Shown here: positions 1 to 13,500 of the stretch, piece by piece
How the letters are laid out: every line of letters starts with the position of its first letter
Position numbering within the stretch: the first letter of the stretch is position 1
Source: Antedon mediterranea
Lineage: Eukaryota; Animalia; Echinodermata
Length of the DNA stretch: 64,000 nt
Direction: 5' to 3'
Assembly (NCBI RefSeq): GCF_964355755.1
Contig: NC_092675.1
Span: 14,542,912 to 14,606,911, forward strand
Made by a program: the position numbers and the translations under genes
Notes under the pieces: generated by a model
Database searches by the model: none
What the model saw: only the letters and a program-made list of their open reading frames with translations
Told to the model about the DNA's origin: nothing

Positions 1-175
1 AATACGCATTTTAAGTTGCTTTAAAACACGTACTTGCCCGCACTGGGCCGGGGCAAGTGGCACATTTCTGGAATGTCAGGACCATTCTACGTCAATCCAT
101 ACTATTGAGAACCCGGCCCGAGGCGTCGGGTGTGGTCATACTGCCACTTTAAAAGTGGTGCTATTAATACTTAGT
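1..175. repeat. One unit of a ~180-bp tandem repeat (same family as 6620-7900)
   Basis: aatacgcattttaa...acgtacttgcccgcactgggccggggcaagtggcacatttctggaatg... is near-identical to the units at 6620-7900; the array is split by the insertion at ~180-6615. Confidence 0.85.
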
Positions 176-737
176 AAAAACAAGGCCAACAGCCATAAAG
201 TCGCGTGCTACAATGCATAGTGATACCGGACCGACAGACAAACAGACCGACAGACAGACAGACAGACCGACAGACAGACGGACCGACCGACATAGTGAAC
301 TATACTGACCGAAATTACTGAACATGTTTAAAAATGTTGAAATGTTTAAAAACATTTATATTTTTTTAATTTACACGTGCGTAGCCTGTCACTTTTGACG
401 TGCTCGTATAACGTAATTTCGAGTTGAAAAGTAAGTCAAGAAAACAGAAATCGGGCAAAAAGAGTGCGCAATAACATTTAACGCGCAGTGCGCGCGCAAA
501 AATCTGCGCACTCATGGCAATTTTGTAAACGCTTAAAATTGCCTGAAACGTACTCTTATTTCATCGAAAATAAATTTTTTAAATTTTAAGCGCGCGTACG
601 CATGCGTTACATGCGCTACGCACGTAATTGTATTGCCATATGATGATTTATGCCCTGAAATTTATGAGTACCAAATTTTATTTAATTGTGATTCATGGTT
701 GTTAAAGTAGAAATGTCAACACCTATTTGAGTATTTG

Positions 738-2194
738 TACGAAAGCCCATTAATGCCATTTGAAGTATATGTTTTTCGAACGTAATCCGTTCTAACGAAT
801 TAGTAATTCGTTTGAACGGATTAATAATCTGTTCAAACGAATTAGTAATCCGTTCAAACGAATTGCAACATATACAACAAGTGCCATTTAAAGTATATGT
901 TGTAATTCGTTTAAACGGATTACTAATCCGTTCAAACGAATTGCTAATTTGTTTAAACGGATTACTAATTTGTTCAAACGAATTACTAATTCGTTCAAAC
1001 GAATTAATAATTTGTTTAAACGGATTACTAATTCGTTCAAACGAATTAGTAATCCGTTTAAACAAATTAGTAATTTGTTTAAACAAATTAATAATTTGTT
1101 TAAACAAATTAATAATTTGTTTAAACAAATTAATAATTTGTTTAAACGGATTACTAATCTGTTTGAACGAATTAGTAATTCGTTTGAACGAATTAGTAAT
1201 CCGTTTAAACAAATTAGTAATTTGTTTAAACAAATTAATAATTTGTTTAAACGGATTACTAATTCGTTTAAACGAATTAGTAATTCGTTTAAACAGATTA
1301 GTAATCCGTTTAAACAAATTACTAATCCGTTTGGACGGATTCCTAATTCGTTTGAACAGATTATTAATCTGTTTAAACAAATTAGTAATTCGTTTGAACG
1401 GATTAGTAATCTGTTCAAACGAATTAGTAATCCGTTCAAACCAATTGCAACATATACAACAAGTGCCATTTAAAGAATATGTTGTAATTCGTTTGAACGG
1501 ATTACTAATCTGTTCAAACGAATTACTAATTTGTTTAAACAGATTAATAATTTGTTAAAACGAATTAGGAATCCGTTCAAACGGATTAGTAATTTGTTTA
1601 AACGGATTACTAATTTGTTCAAACGAATTACTAATTCGTTCTAACGAATTAGTAATCCGTTTGAACAAATTATTAATTTGTTTAAACAAATTAATAATTT
1701 GTTTAAACGGATTACTAATTCGTTCAAACGAATTACTAATTTGTTCAAACAGATTAATAATCCGTTTAAACAAATTATTAATTTGTTTAAACAAATTACT
1801 AATTCGTTTAAACGGATTACTAATTCGTTTGAACGAATTAGTAATTCGTTTGAACGGATTACTAATCCGTTTAAACAAATTAGTAATTCGTTTGAACGAA
1901 TTAGTAATCCGTTTAAACAAATTAGTAATTCGTTTGAACGGATTAGTAATCCGTTTGAACAAATTAGTAATCCGTTTAAACAAATTAGTAATTTGTTTGA
2001 ACGGATTAGTAATCCGTTCAAACGAATTACAACATATACTTTAAATGGCACTTGTTGTATATGTTGCAATTCGTTTGAACGGATTACTAATTCGTTTGAA
2101 CAGATTATTAATCCGTTCAAACGAATTACTAATTCGTTATAACGGATTACGTTCGAAAAACATATACTTAAAATGGCATTAATGGGCTTTCGTA
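738..2194. mobile_element. Non-autonomous foldback element with TAC...GTA ends and 6-bp TSD (IS3EU-like), filled with 21-bp repeats
   Basis: TACGAAAGCCCATTAATGCCATTT ... AAATGGCATTAATGGGCTTTCGTA; TSD TATTTG at 732-737 and 2195-2200; the second Kolobok copy (~41470-41490, minus) shows the empty site with a single TATTTG. Confidence 0.85.
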
Positions 2195-2410
2195 TATTTG
2201 TGATGATTGTTTAGGTATAATAAAATATATATTAGGTTTTTTGAAATTTTTTATGCAATTTTTACCGCTAAAATCGACGTTTGAAAATACGATTTAGAGC
2301 GTTTAGAGCCAACTCATTAACTTTACAGTCGTGACGTCATATCGGGTTTCGCTATCTTCCCTGAAAACGATCACGCTGGATGAGTACATGAAAAAGCCAA
2401 TCCTCGCAAA

Positions 2411-3855
2411 ATGTATTCCGATTCCGAAGAAGAAACTTTTCCGTTAGAAATTCAGCCATACCAATATGAGCCTTTGAGAAAGGCTGGGGAATTTGAAAAT
2501 GACGATGAGGAAGAAGAAGACGATGTTGAGGCAGAAGGAAGGGAGGAAAGAGAAGGAAATTGAACATGGTATGTTTAAATAGGCTACTCGGGAGGAGCGG
2601 GCTCGGGAGGCTCTGTAGCCTATCAATTAGCTAGCATCGGCTCCGTCATAGGCGCGGCCTAGGCCTACGTTATATTTGTTAGTGTTTAAATACCGATCGT
2701 AAAACAGTCTTTAAATCTTCCTTATTTCTGTTTTTATAATAAAATCATTTTAATACTTTATTATTCGTTAGTTAGCTAAGTATGTTATGTGTAGCCTTTT
2801 CACAATTGTGATTCTACCCCGGCCCCGCCGACTGCATCATCGGACAACACAAAAAAAAAAACAAATCACGGCCATACATATGCGGCCAGCGAGGAAGGTG
2901 GTGGGAAAGACATTTTGTTTTGGATCAAATTTGTTGATTTTACTAGGCTTTTGAGTATATTTACTGTAATAAAATGTAATTATTTTTTCGTAATTATAGG
3001 CCTGCTACACTCTATAATACTAAGGCCAATACTAATAGGCTAGCCACAGTAATAGGCTTTATTCTATTTCTACTAGGCTAGCTACAGAAGCCTAGCTTTT
3101 GTTTGGGGCTTTTTTTGGTGGGATTGGGAGGACCTTGCTTATATTGATTTTCATCTATTAATTAGTATAGTAACAGCATATAGTATATATTTGAGTGCTG
3201 TAATGTTGATTCTATGCAGATGCAAGTGCTCACATTGTACAGCAACAACTGCTGTTGAGTCTGTATGTTGTTATGAGACAGAGGAGATGGTAGAGAAAAT
3301 GGGGGAGCGGTTGGATGCATAACACAGCATACTGGGTTAAAAAACAACTGTCTGGACCGCGATGTTCTTGAAGTGTCCTTCTGGCATTATGTTAAACAGG
3401 AAGGTCCATTTGACGATGATCATCCAGTGAATCAGTAAGTTTGATAAAATACTATATTTGAATTAACGCTCAAATTAATTACGAAACAGTTTGTAAGTAT
3501 AACAGTATTGTAGTGGAAATCAGATTTTTAATGACAAAACTGACAACATTAAATTAACAAATTCAATAAACCAACTACCGACCCAAAGGTCCGGCAAGTT
3601 TCCATAAAAACAATGCAACTTCTTGTCTTGTAATGAGACATTAAAGATGGTAAATTTATTTTGTTAAATAATCCCAATTTTCTTTATGTTTTCAGACTAT
3701 ATCGCCATGTTGCCTACCGGAGGTTTACAACTTGGGTATGGAAGCTACTTGGGAAGGGCAAAAGAAAAATACTTCCGTCTTGCGTAGTGTCAACTATTAG
3801 GAATGCATTTCCTGCGCAACAATATGTAGGCTTTAAATATCCCAAAATTCCATGA
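2411..3855 (+). pseudogene. KolX-like accessory gene (P2X7 C-terminal/ballast-like Cys-rich domain), 3 exons: 2411-2568, 3220-3434, 3696-3855
   Basis: Translations PYQYEP, CKCSHC...ESVCC, CITQHTG...CLDRDVL and YRHVAYRRFTTWVWKLLGKGKRKILPSCVVSTIRNAFP; GT-AG introns; in-frame TGA at 2561 and a frameshift in exon 2. Confidence 0.8.
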
Positions 3856-4129
3856 CTAATTAGCACATTGTACAGTCACATTGTACAGTTGCATAGATTG
3901 GAAATCGACCAGTTTCACCAAAGTTCAGTTCCTACAATTAAAACAATAAACAAAAGAGTTATTTAGTTAAGTTTATTCATGATTGAGGATAAAGAAAAAA
4001 AATTTTGAAAACTATTTTTATAAGTTTATACTGACAAGAACATGACAAGAACATATATAATTACTGTATGTTTCACCATGTGTATTGTAAGACATGCAAA
4101 TAAGGACTTTATTACCTTGATTATTAAAA

Positions 4130-4300
4130 TGTTATTTAGTTGGAAAACGAGTACATCTTTTCTTGACCAAGTCTGCTTTGTCATACGGTTGGTATGTGGC
4201 GTTAACGGCCGGTGGTGCTTTTGCATAATTCATAAGAGCATCTTGACTGACTTCGCTCGTCTTCTTTCAAACACTTCAGTTAGCAACTTTTCAATATATT
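4130..4300 (-). pseudogene. C-terminal exon remnant of the Kolobok transposase
   Basis: YIEKLLTEVFERR ... (frameshift) APPAVNATYQPYDKADLVKKRCTRF resembles Kolobok transposase C-termini; same strand as the THAP exon. Confidence 0.5.
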
Positions 4301-4767
4301 CTATTAAAAAAATATACAAGAAATGATTTACACTGGACATATTATTTTCAATAAACCACTTTAGTTCTGTAGAAGTAAAAGTAACTTGTATTACTATTAT
4401 TATGCAAATAATATCAAACATGAATAAATTAACTACTGAATGAACCGAATTAGCAATAAAAAAAAATAAACCTTCCTGAATTATTTTTTATTGTAAGTAC
4501 ATAAGCTATTTTATAAAACATATTGTTGTTTGACATATAATAAATAAAATAATAATATAGGCCTAGGCCTACTTAAAATTGTTGCATTATCTGATCAGCA
4601 CACACCATCCTCTCATTCACATCATTTATATTATAATCCAAACTGACAAGGCATTATTATTATTATTATCATTAAAATGAGAATTTGTGGAGGTTAGGCA
4701 TAGGGGGCCTGTCCTGTCGATCCAGGCAGGTAAATTCGGCGGTGGTGGTAAGCCTAGTTAGTGCAAT

Positions 4768-5617
4768 TGTTATGCGCGATTTGAACGATTTGCGCAATTT
4801 GAAATTGCGCAAAAAAATCCTTGCGCAATTTGAAATTGCGCAAAGAATTTTTTGCGCAATTTCAAATTGCGCAATCAACTTGCGCAATTTCAAATTGCGC
4901 AAGAAAATCTTTGCGCAATTTTAAATTGCGCTGCACAATTTGTAAATTGCGCAAGAAAGTTCTTGCGCAATATGACACCTTTGCGCAATTTGAAAACAAA
5001 CTGTAAATTTTCAAATTGCGCAACAAAATTCTACCAGACAATCGGTATTATAATAATTTATTGGAAACTAAATAACTCAAAATAAAACATAATAAATGCG
5101 AAGATAACATGTGTATAATAAATACATAACATTTATTATTACAATTAAATAATATTATCACTGTAACTTGAAATAAATCAAAATAAATGTAAAAATTAAG
5201 TTTTTAATATTAGTTTAAGCTAGGCCATGTAACCTAGTCAGTATCAGTAGTCCAGACCCTAGCTAGGCTAGAGTAGTATAGCCGGCCGCCCGCGCCGCGC
5301 CCGCCTGGTGGAACACCACCGCTTCGTTTTCCTTCGTCGGTTCTTCGACGGTATGCTAACTTATAACAATATTTGCACTACTAAAATAAGGAAATGCGAT
5401 ATTTATCTTTAATTTTGAATCATTCTTAGAAATTACTATAAAAATATGGGTGTGCATGATTTCACAATCTGTCGAAAAACCTTGCGCAATTTGCAGATTA
5501 CTTGCGCAATTTAATACGTTGCTTGCGCAATTTGAAACACATGTTTCAATTCAAATTGCGCAAGGATTTTTTTTGCGCAATTTCAAATTGCGCAAATCGT
5601 TCAAATCGCGCATAACA
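4768..5617. mobile_element. Non-autonomous TIR element with TGT...ACA ends and 4-bp TSD (Ginger-like)
   Basis: TGTTATGCGCGATTTGAACGATTTGCGCAATTTGAAA ... TTTCAAATTGCGCAAATCGTTCAAATCGCGCATAACA; TSD CAAT at 4764-4767 and 5618-5621; subterminal ttgcgcaa repeats. Confidence 0.75.
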
Positions 5618-5647
5618 CAATAATGAAAAAGTAAAAACAACACTTAC

Positions 5648-6022
5648 TTCTCTTCGCCTACGTTTTTGAAAGGCGCCTCTACTACGACTAGCAGCTGGGC
5701 CTGGGATCTTCTCGGTGGCGGTGCTTTCTGAAGGCAATGTAACCTTCGAAGGTATTGCCCCGTCTTTCAATTTCAAATTTACTTTTTCTTTGAATCCCAT
5801 TTCACGAAGATTAGGTGGGTATTTCGCAAAGTCTTCTTCCAAGAAGTGCTCCGAACATATCGTTGCGAATTTGCTAGGCTGGAAATGTTTTCGTCTGACG
5901 GCGTGGATCCATGCCTTTCTCAGACCCGAAGACTTTGGGAAGGAAAAAAATCCTATATTCCGGTCGCGATTTTATCCTCCACTTGTTGTATTGGTACAAT
6001 TAAATGCTGCACAATACGGCAT
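5648..6022 (-). pseudogene. THAP-domain first exon of the Kolobok transposase
   Basis: MPYCAAFNCTN...FFSFPK...RKAWIHAVRR...ICSEHF...LKDGAIPS is a C2CH THAP motif; one in-frame TAA; GT donor at 5647. Confidence 0.85.
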
Positions 6023-6619
6023 TGTGTTTTGATTTAACACCAACAAAAGTTAACTTTAACAAAAGTGCCTCAAGAGATTGATTACTTGAACAAAAGAATG
6101 CGAAATACAATAGAGAAATACAGTGTCCAACAACTCGTGTGTGTAACTAACCAAGCGAAGCACCCGAGATGACGTCACGGAAATATTTCTGCATACGAAC
6201 CGGAAGTAATTGAATTGCTCAAGTGGCTATTTTAAATTTGCTTTTTCGTGATAACGGCGAAATCTTAAAAGTAACGCTATGGATGAGCCGTTTTTATTAG
6301 TGTATTACTTTATATGGATTTTATTAATGTTTTAGTGACATTTCTGCTTTAAGATAATGATTACAAACGTGATTTCGTTAAATCGTGCGTAGACCGCGTA
6401 ATTTTTTATTGCGCACCGTGAAAACATAACCACATCGATTCCTGGCCATAAGGAATATTCTGTGAAAAATTGACATAGCTAGAGTAAACTGATATCAAGA
6501 TAAGGTCATAAAGCGATAAAACGCATAGTGATACCGGACCGACAGACAGACAGACCGACAGACAAACAGACCGACCGACATAGTGAACTATAGAGTCGCT
6601 TTCACGCGACTAAAAACAC

Positions 6620-7900
6620 TAAATATACGCATTTTAAATTGCTTTAAAACACGTACTTGCCTGCACTGGGCCGGGGCAAGTGGCACATTTCTGGAATGCC
6701 AGGACCATACTACGTCAATCTATAGTATTGTGAACCCGGCCCGAGGCGTCGGGGTGTGGTCATATTGCCACTTTAAAAGTGGTGCTATTAATACTTAGTA
6801 AAAAAACACTGAAAATACGCATTTTAAATTACTTTAAAACACGTACTTGCCCGCACTGGGCCGGGGAAAGTGACACATTTCTGGAATGCCAGGACCATAC
6901 TACGTCATTCTATACTATTATGAACCCGGCCCGAGGCGTCGGGTGTGGTCATATTGCCACTTTAAAAGTGGTGTTTACTAAAAAAACACTAAAAATACGC
7001 ATTTTAAATTGCTTTAAAACACGTACTTGCCCGCACTGGGCCGGGGCAAGTGATACATTTCTGGAATGCCAGGACCATACTACGTCAATCTATACTATTG
7101 TGAACCCGGCCCGATGCGCCGGGGTGTGCTCATATTGCCACTTTAAAAGTGGTGCTATTAATACTTAGTAAAAAAACACAAAAAATACGCATTTTAAATT
7201 GCTTTAAAACACGTACTTGCCCGCACTGGGCCGAGGCAAGTGGCACATTTCTGGAATGCCAGGACTATTCTACGTCAATTTATACTATCGTGAACCCGGC
7301 CCGAGGCGTCGGGGCGTGGTCATGGCCATTTTAAAAGTGGTGCTATTAATACTTAGTAAAATAACATTAAAAATACGCATTTTAAATTGCTTTAAAACAC
7401 TTACTTGCCCGGACTGGGCCGGGGCAAGTCGCACATTTCTGGAATGCCAGGACCATATACTACGTCAATCTGTATTATTGTGAATCCGGACCCGAGGCGT
7501 TGAGCGTAGTCATATTGATAATTTAAATGTGGTGTTTTTACTATATTAATGCTAAAAATACGCACTTAAAATTCATTTAAAATACGTACTTGCCCGCATT
7601 GGGCCGGGGCAAGTGGAACATTTCTGGAATGCCAGGACCATACTAGGTCAATCTGTACTATTTTGAACCCGGCCCGAGGCGTCGGGTGTGGTCATATTTC
7701 CAATTGAAAAGTGGTGTTTTTTTACTAAATTAATGCTAAAAATACGCACTTTAAATTTCTTTAAAATACGTACTTGCCCGCACTGGGCCGGGGCAAGTGG
7801 CACATTTCTGGAATGCCAGGACCATACTACGTCAATCTATACTATTGTGAACCCGGCCCGATGCGTTGGTATGGTCGTAATATCGGAACTAAAAAATGTA
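6620..7900. repeat. Tandem array of ~7 units of ~180 bp, each with an internal palindrome (acttgccc...gggcaagt)
   Basis: Repeated units are visible directly and produce the repetitive ORFs at 6583-7909. Confidence 0.9.
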
Positions 7901-8132
7901 AATCTGTGATAAAAGAGGTACATCTACACTAGATTGGTAGGTCTACTTTGGTACGAATTTGGGCCAGCCGGTCGCGATTTTTTTTTTCGTACATAAGTTG
8001 GGGACCCCATCATGAAACGTCACAAAATAAACATGAATAATTCATCAGTTAAATTTTCTTGTTCCGTGTGCACCCAAGCGTATAGCAACAAGAAGTGATT
8101 ACACAAGTGCGGTACGATTCTAGGCCTATCTC

Positions 8133-8765
8133 TACGGGGCGCCGTATGGGACATTGCTAATTTTGTCGAAATATTACAATTTTGTCTACACATAATTAAT
8201 TTTGTCAATACAAAATTTATTTTGTCAACACAAAATTAATTTTGTCAATACAAAATTAATTTTGTATTGACAAAATTCATTTTGTATTGACAAAATTTAT
8301 TCTGTGTGGACAAAATTCATTTTGTCTCGACAAAATTAATTCTGTGTAAACAAAATTCATTCTGTGTAGACAAAATTAATTCTGTGTTGACAAAATTAAT
8401 TCTGTGTAGACAAAATTCATTCTGTAACGACAAAATTCATTTTGTGGCGACAAAATTCATTCTGTAACGACAAAATTAATTTTGTATAGACAAAATTAAT
8501 TCTGTGTGGACAAAATTAATTCTGTGTAGACAAAATTCATTCTGTGTGGACAGAATTCATTTTGTGGCGACAAAATGTATTCTGTGTAGACAAAATTTAT
8601 TCTGTGTAGACAAAATTCATTCTGTGTAGACAAAATTCATTCTGTGTAGACAAAATTAATTTTGTGGCAACAAAATTCATTTTGTCGCGACAAAATAAAT
8701 TTTGTTAGCCGAGCCTACTCAAGCGTGGGACAAAACGTTTTAACATTTAAATTAGAAGGCGGGGT
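8133..8765 (+). repeat. Left TIR with an array of ~20-bp units (gacaaaattaattctgtgta-type)
   Basis: Reverse complement of ~27930-28581, including the unique inner segment gccgagcctactcaagcgtgggacaaaacgtttt...aaattagaaggcgg. Confidence 0.9.
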
Positions 8766-10520
8766 TGTTATTGGAAACTTGAAGATTGACAGTTATAGGC
8801 CTACGATCAAACAGCGCGCGAATATCATTTTACGACCTCCTCTACACCGGTGCCAACAAATTGTTAATAGGTAAGCAATTTAAATTAATTTATCCACCGT
8901 GAGTAAAAGCAAACTAATTAAGCAACAGTCTAATATGGAACTTGAATACTTTTGCGTCGAGTATAAGTACAGTTTATACTGACGTATAACAGTTGTATAC
9001 TTAAAATTAATTCCGATTCAGCAAAACGGAACACGTAGCCCTATATATGCCTACCAATTTTGGTAATAAATATTAAAGATGGTTGAAGATTTATATCGAT
9101 ACCGATAATATTGATTAAGAAAATGACAACACTATTTACGATAACATCTGATAAGTTGAGTAGTAATGAAATGATTTTAGTTAATACATTTATTTTAATA
9201 TAATAGTTAGTATAGGCCTATTTATTCTTATGAGAATGCGTCGTCTATATAGGCCTACCAAGTTTATTTGATAGGAATACTAAATTGCTAATAGGTCTAA
9301 TTCAAGGGAACAAAACTATGATATATCTCTTAAGACATATATTAATTGTCTCTAATTGGAATAATAGCGATATCTTTATTGAAAAGATATCTTGGTTAAA
9401 AATAGGGATATATCTATTGGAACCTAAGATCTATAGGCCTATTGTAAACTAATTACATCTATTAAAAACTAAGATATTTTAGTTGCCTAAATAAATGATT
9501 TGATACGCCATAGATTATGATATTGCAAATTGTCGTTAAAGAGTTAAATTTAATTTCAAATTTACGTTTAACTATAATTTTACTCTCGGTTGCATATTAT
9601 TACATATTTACACCCTCGAAAGATATAATTCAACTTTGACCGAATAGTTATATGGATGTTCACACAACTGACATATGGCGCCTCTCAAGTATCCATTCCC
9701 ATGGCAGTGTATATAACCCCTCCACCTTCTCCATCGTAAAATAAGTAGAAATGACAGTTTTTTCAACAACAGCGATCAAAGATAATTAATCACCTTAAAG
9801 GACCAGTTGCCTGGCTTACCACCCAACCATATTCTTTTTGTATATACCATATTACTTATACATCATTATTTTGGTGCAGTCTTTAATCCATTATTGTGAA
9901 ACCTACTTTCCTTCACATATCTGAATGAACTATATTCCTTCCATCAAAATGTTGTTACTGTATAAATAATTTAGACTGCACGTACCTACTTATACATTGT
10001 GACATGACACTACACTATGAATAGATTGTTGCATTTTTGGGGATGAGACAATTATTCTATAACCTAATAAATTCATGATATGTCATTTATTCCCTGTCTA
10101 TTTTATAAATTATTCGTTATATGTTGTTTTACTTGTGTTTATACTGTTTTAAAAGTGTGATAGTTGACAAAATTATTAACAGTTATTGTACAGATGACAT
10201 TCGTATTGAAAAAAAAAGTTTATCTAGCATCTAGGCATGTATATCGTCAGGGAAAATTTTCATTTAAAAATTTTGTTTAGCAATATTGCTAATCAAACTT
10301 ATTTTTAAGTCGAGAAACATAGTTTTGTATTGTATTTTTTGCTACACAATTTTCAAAATGAGTAGCAATAAGGTTGTTTTGTATAGCTTTTTGCTACGCT
10401 ACACTGGCGAAAATGTTCCCTGTATCGTACTGTACAAAGTTTCTAAAAGCAAAACATTTATTTTTATTTCAAGACAGAAATTTAATACTATAGGTTGTAT
10501 GATACTACAGTATTACAACA

Positions 10521-13500
10521 ATGGAAGACTCAGATGACACAATTCAGATTTCTTCAAAGGTAAAGGCATAGACAAAAACCTGCATGACAGGCTCGCATTC
10601 ATTTTTTTCCATTCCCAGTGTATTTGTTATTTTGAAAGAAGTACCTTTGTAAATTGAGTAACGATTTAAAGATGTATTTCAAAATAAATAAGATTATCAT
10701 TAGTTATCATGGATCTTTAAAATAAAAATACAAGAGAAATTGTACTGTATTCATATTTACACTCAATTTACAATTTATCAGCTTTTTAAGGAATTGCTTG
10801 AAAAGTGTTTCCAGCAGATTCCCACCCAGCCAGTGTCAGCGTCAATGCCTTTGCCAAGCAGACAGCAGACTCTCACCCAGCAGACGTCGCCATCGTCCAG
10901 GCCTTTGCCAAGCAGGCAGCAGGTTCCCATCCAGCAGACGTCAGCGTCCAGGCCTTTGCCGAGCACTGCAGCTGCTGGGTCCTCGACATCATTACAATCT
11001 TCAACATCAACGTTCGTTCCGAGAAGATTAAGGAGGCCCGCATCTTCTTTATCACGGCTTCCATCGCTGATGGAGAATAAAAATGATGAGGAAGACGACT
11101 CTGGAAATGACTTTTTACCATCGCGTCCCGGGAGTTGTAGGCAATTTGTAAGTTTTAAAAATAGTTCATAAAATCAAATTTTTCTTCATTTAATTGTTTA
11201 CCGATTTACAAACATACGCTCCACTTTCCCCATGAAACATTATTTGGAATAAAAAAGTCATTGTTGCTGTACTTATTTCTACTGTGGGCATTCCTTCTCA
11301 GCCCGGTGAAGGTTTTGTCAGCCCGGTAAAATCCGTCCCCCGCCCCGCGCCTCGCTACTGAAATCTACAGTAAGTTATTTGTTTATCCCGCTCCCACTTT
11401 TAACACAAAATGTATCTATATTTTCGTATAGCCTCCTCTTCGATTTGGATCATCCCGAAAAAGGGCACATACAGTGAAAAATGAAAGCAAAAAAAAAAAG
11501 AAGGTTTCAAAGGTTATAACTAAAGAAATAGTAATGCTACCAATGGATTCGCAAAAAGACCACAATGGAGACTACGAAGTTCCCAAACCAGAAAGAAGGT
11601 GTGATTTGATCCACCGTAAATTGGTAGCGAAAATTGCGCTCCGTCGGTCAGACTCTGCTGATGAAGTTAGGGAGCAAATGGAGTCGATATTTGGAAGTAT
11701 GGCATACACATTTCTGCAGGTAATGATAACACAAAAAAAACACAAAAAAGAAAAAAACAACAAAAAAACATGTAGGCCTATAACAAGTTACGGTACTTTC
11801 ATAATAACAATTGTGTTACAATGCGTTATATTTTGTGTTATTTTTTTAAGATACTACCTGGTAACAAAAAACTGTCAAAACCTCTATTTTCGAAAAATTG
11901 CCAGTTAAACGGCGAGACCGTTCTGTCTCTTTCACCACAAGGCAGGATCTATTCTCTGGCACTAGAAGAGGTAAGTTTCCTAATATTACTTAAACATGCG
12001 GAACGATTCAAATTAAATGAGAGGGTTTGATAGTGTTTAACAACCTCGTGGACTTACAAAATTAAATAAAAATTAAAAAAACATATTCAAATTGTAATTA
12101 CAGTACGCTTTACGTACTCGGTATAGCATTACTATTTTCTAAACAGATATACTCTGAAAAATATATAGTTGTTTATTATGTATTATGATTCTATAATTAA
12201 ACTATATTTCAGACTACAAATACTAACAAAGAAGTGTACATAACCGATGACGAACCACTAGAACCAGACAGGCTTACTGACCAACCATTGGCGTCTTCGC
12301 CTCTTGCTTCGCCATCTTCAGTTACGTTTCTGGTACGATTTTAAAGTTTACAACTGAATGTAATGTGTATTATTGTGTAGATGACTTCTAGAATAATACT
12401 GATAAGAATATAACATCATAATACAACTATTAATTCATACATTTTGAATTCATTATCTTTTATAAATTTTAGGAATCTATCAGTGAACCACCAGAACCAA
12501 GGTCACCACCACCAATAGTAAGTTCCTCTTTGTTGCGATTTTAAAGTTTACAACTGAATGTAATGTGTATTATTGTGTAGATGACTTCTAGAATAATACT
12601 GATAAGAATATAACATCATAATACAACTATTAATTCATACATTTTGAATTCATTATCTTTTATAAATTTTAGGAATCTATCAGTGAACCACCAGAACCAA
12701 GGTCACCACCACCAATAGTAAGTTCCTCTTTGTTGCGACTTTGTGTTAGAATAAATCTTTAGCCAAGTTGATTTATATTTCTATCTGAGTTATTCTGAGT
12801 TGTTTTCAATACATAAACTTCTTTTAAAGCACTTTTGCCTTTTTATGTTTTGATTTTCAAATTGTTCGATATGTTTTAATACTCTATATATAGTCAAGCT
12901 GATAAATTAGACATTGTACAACAGACTTACTAAATTTGTTTTTTATATTTCACTCGTTTTTTTAGACTTTAAGATTTTCTTAAAATGGTTTTATTACCGA
13001 GCATATGTAATTCTTATTTTTCCTTACTCTCTTATATTGATAATTTCTTTAATAGTTTAATTTTGTTTAAATCCAAATTAAGAAATATTTGTAGTTGGTT
13101 TAAGGTGCTTTGTTTTGTTGATGTTCCAGTTGACTCGTATTACTATGTATTTCGTTCTGTGAGTGACAGAATTAAAAAACGATAAAAGCTATTCATTTAG
13201 GCCTATTATCATTCCAGGAGAATGTTGAACTATCTTCGGAGCCAAGGTCACCATCTCCACCACCACCAGAACTGTCGTTTTATGTAGGTTGGGCTTATTC
13301 GACTATAAGTGATATTACTAGAGCATTATACCAATTACATTGCTAGAGTGCTTTGCTGTGTAACCAATCGATTTATATACCAGTTAATTTTTTAAATGTA
13401 CAATAAAGTTATGAAGTAATCAGTGTAGATAGTGATTATGAAAGTATAATAAAGTACAGTTTAGTATAAGGTTGGGGTAATTAATTGATCACATAGGCCT

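Larger units (their letters stand above)
706..6348. mobile_element. Kolobok DNA transposon, internally deleted and decayed
   Basis: TTAA at 702-705 and 6349-6352; TIR AGTAGAAATGTCA / TGACATTTCTGCT (12 of 13 match); convergent KolX-like (+) and THAP-transposase (-) remnants; empty-site equivalent near 59905. Confidence 0.9.
180..6615 (-). mobile_element. DINE-1/HINE-like (Helentron-associated) non-autonomous repeat, split by a Kolobok insertion (pieces ~180-705 and ~6349-6615)
   Basis: (GACA/GACC)n microsatellite, terminal tagtcgcgtg..gcgact inverted motif and ggccttgtt end. An uninterrupted copy at 59405-60165 joins the two pieces (catggttgt-gaagatatgattacaaacg). The family label is inferred from structure. 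Confidence 0.65.

Noticed and set aside
682-2142. Many overlapping 130-250-aa ORFs with heptad-like repeats (FKRITNS)
   Set aside because: They are translations of a 21-bp repeat open on both strands inside a MITE, not coiled-coil or LRR genes
3661-3855. P2X7 purinoceptor gene
   Set aside because: Only the cytoplasmic Cys-rich domain is present, within a Kolobok element and with no channel exons
8160-8710. CRISPR-like regularly spaced repeats (also 6620-7900 and 28030-28560)
   Set aside because: No unique spacers, no cas genes and a eukaryotic context; these are TIR arrays or tandem repeats
9230-9512. Possible small TAT...ATA MITE with agatat repeats
   Set aside because: Only the right end (cgccata) is recognisable; no convincing left TIR or TSD
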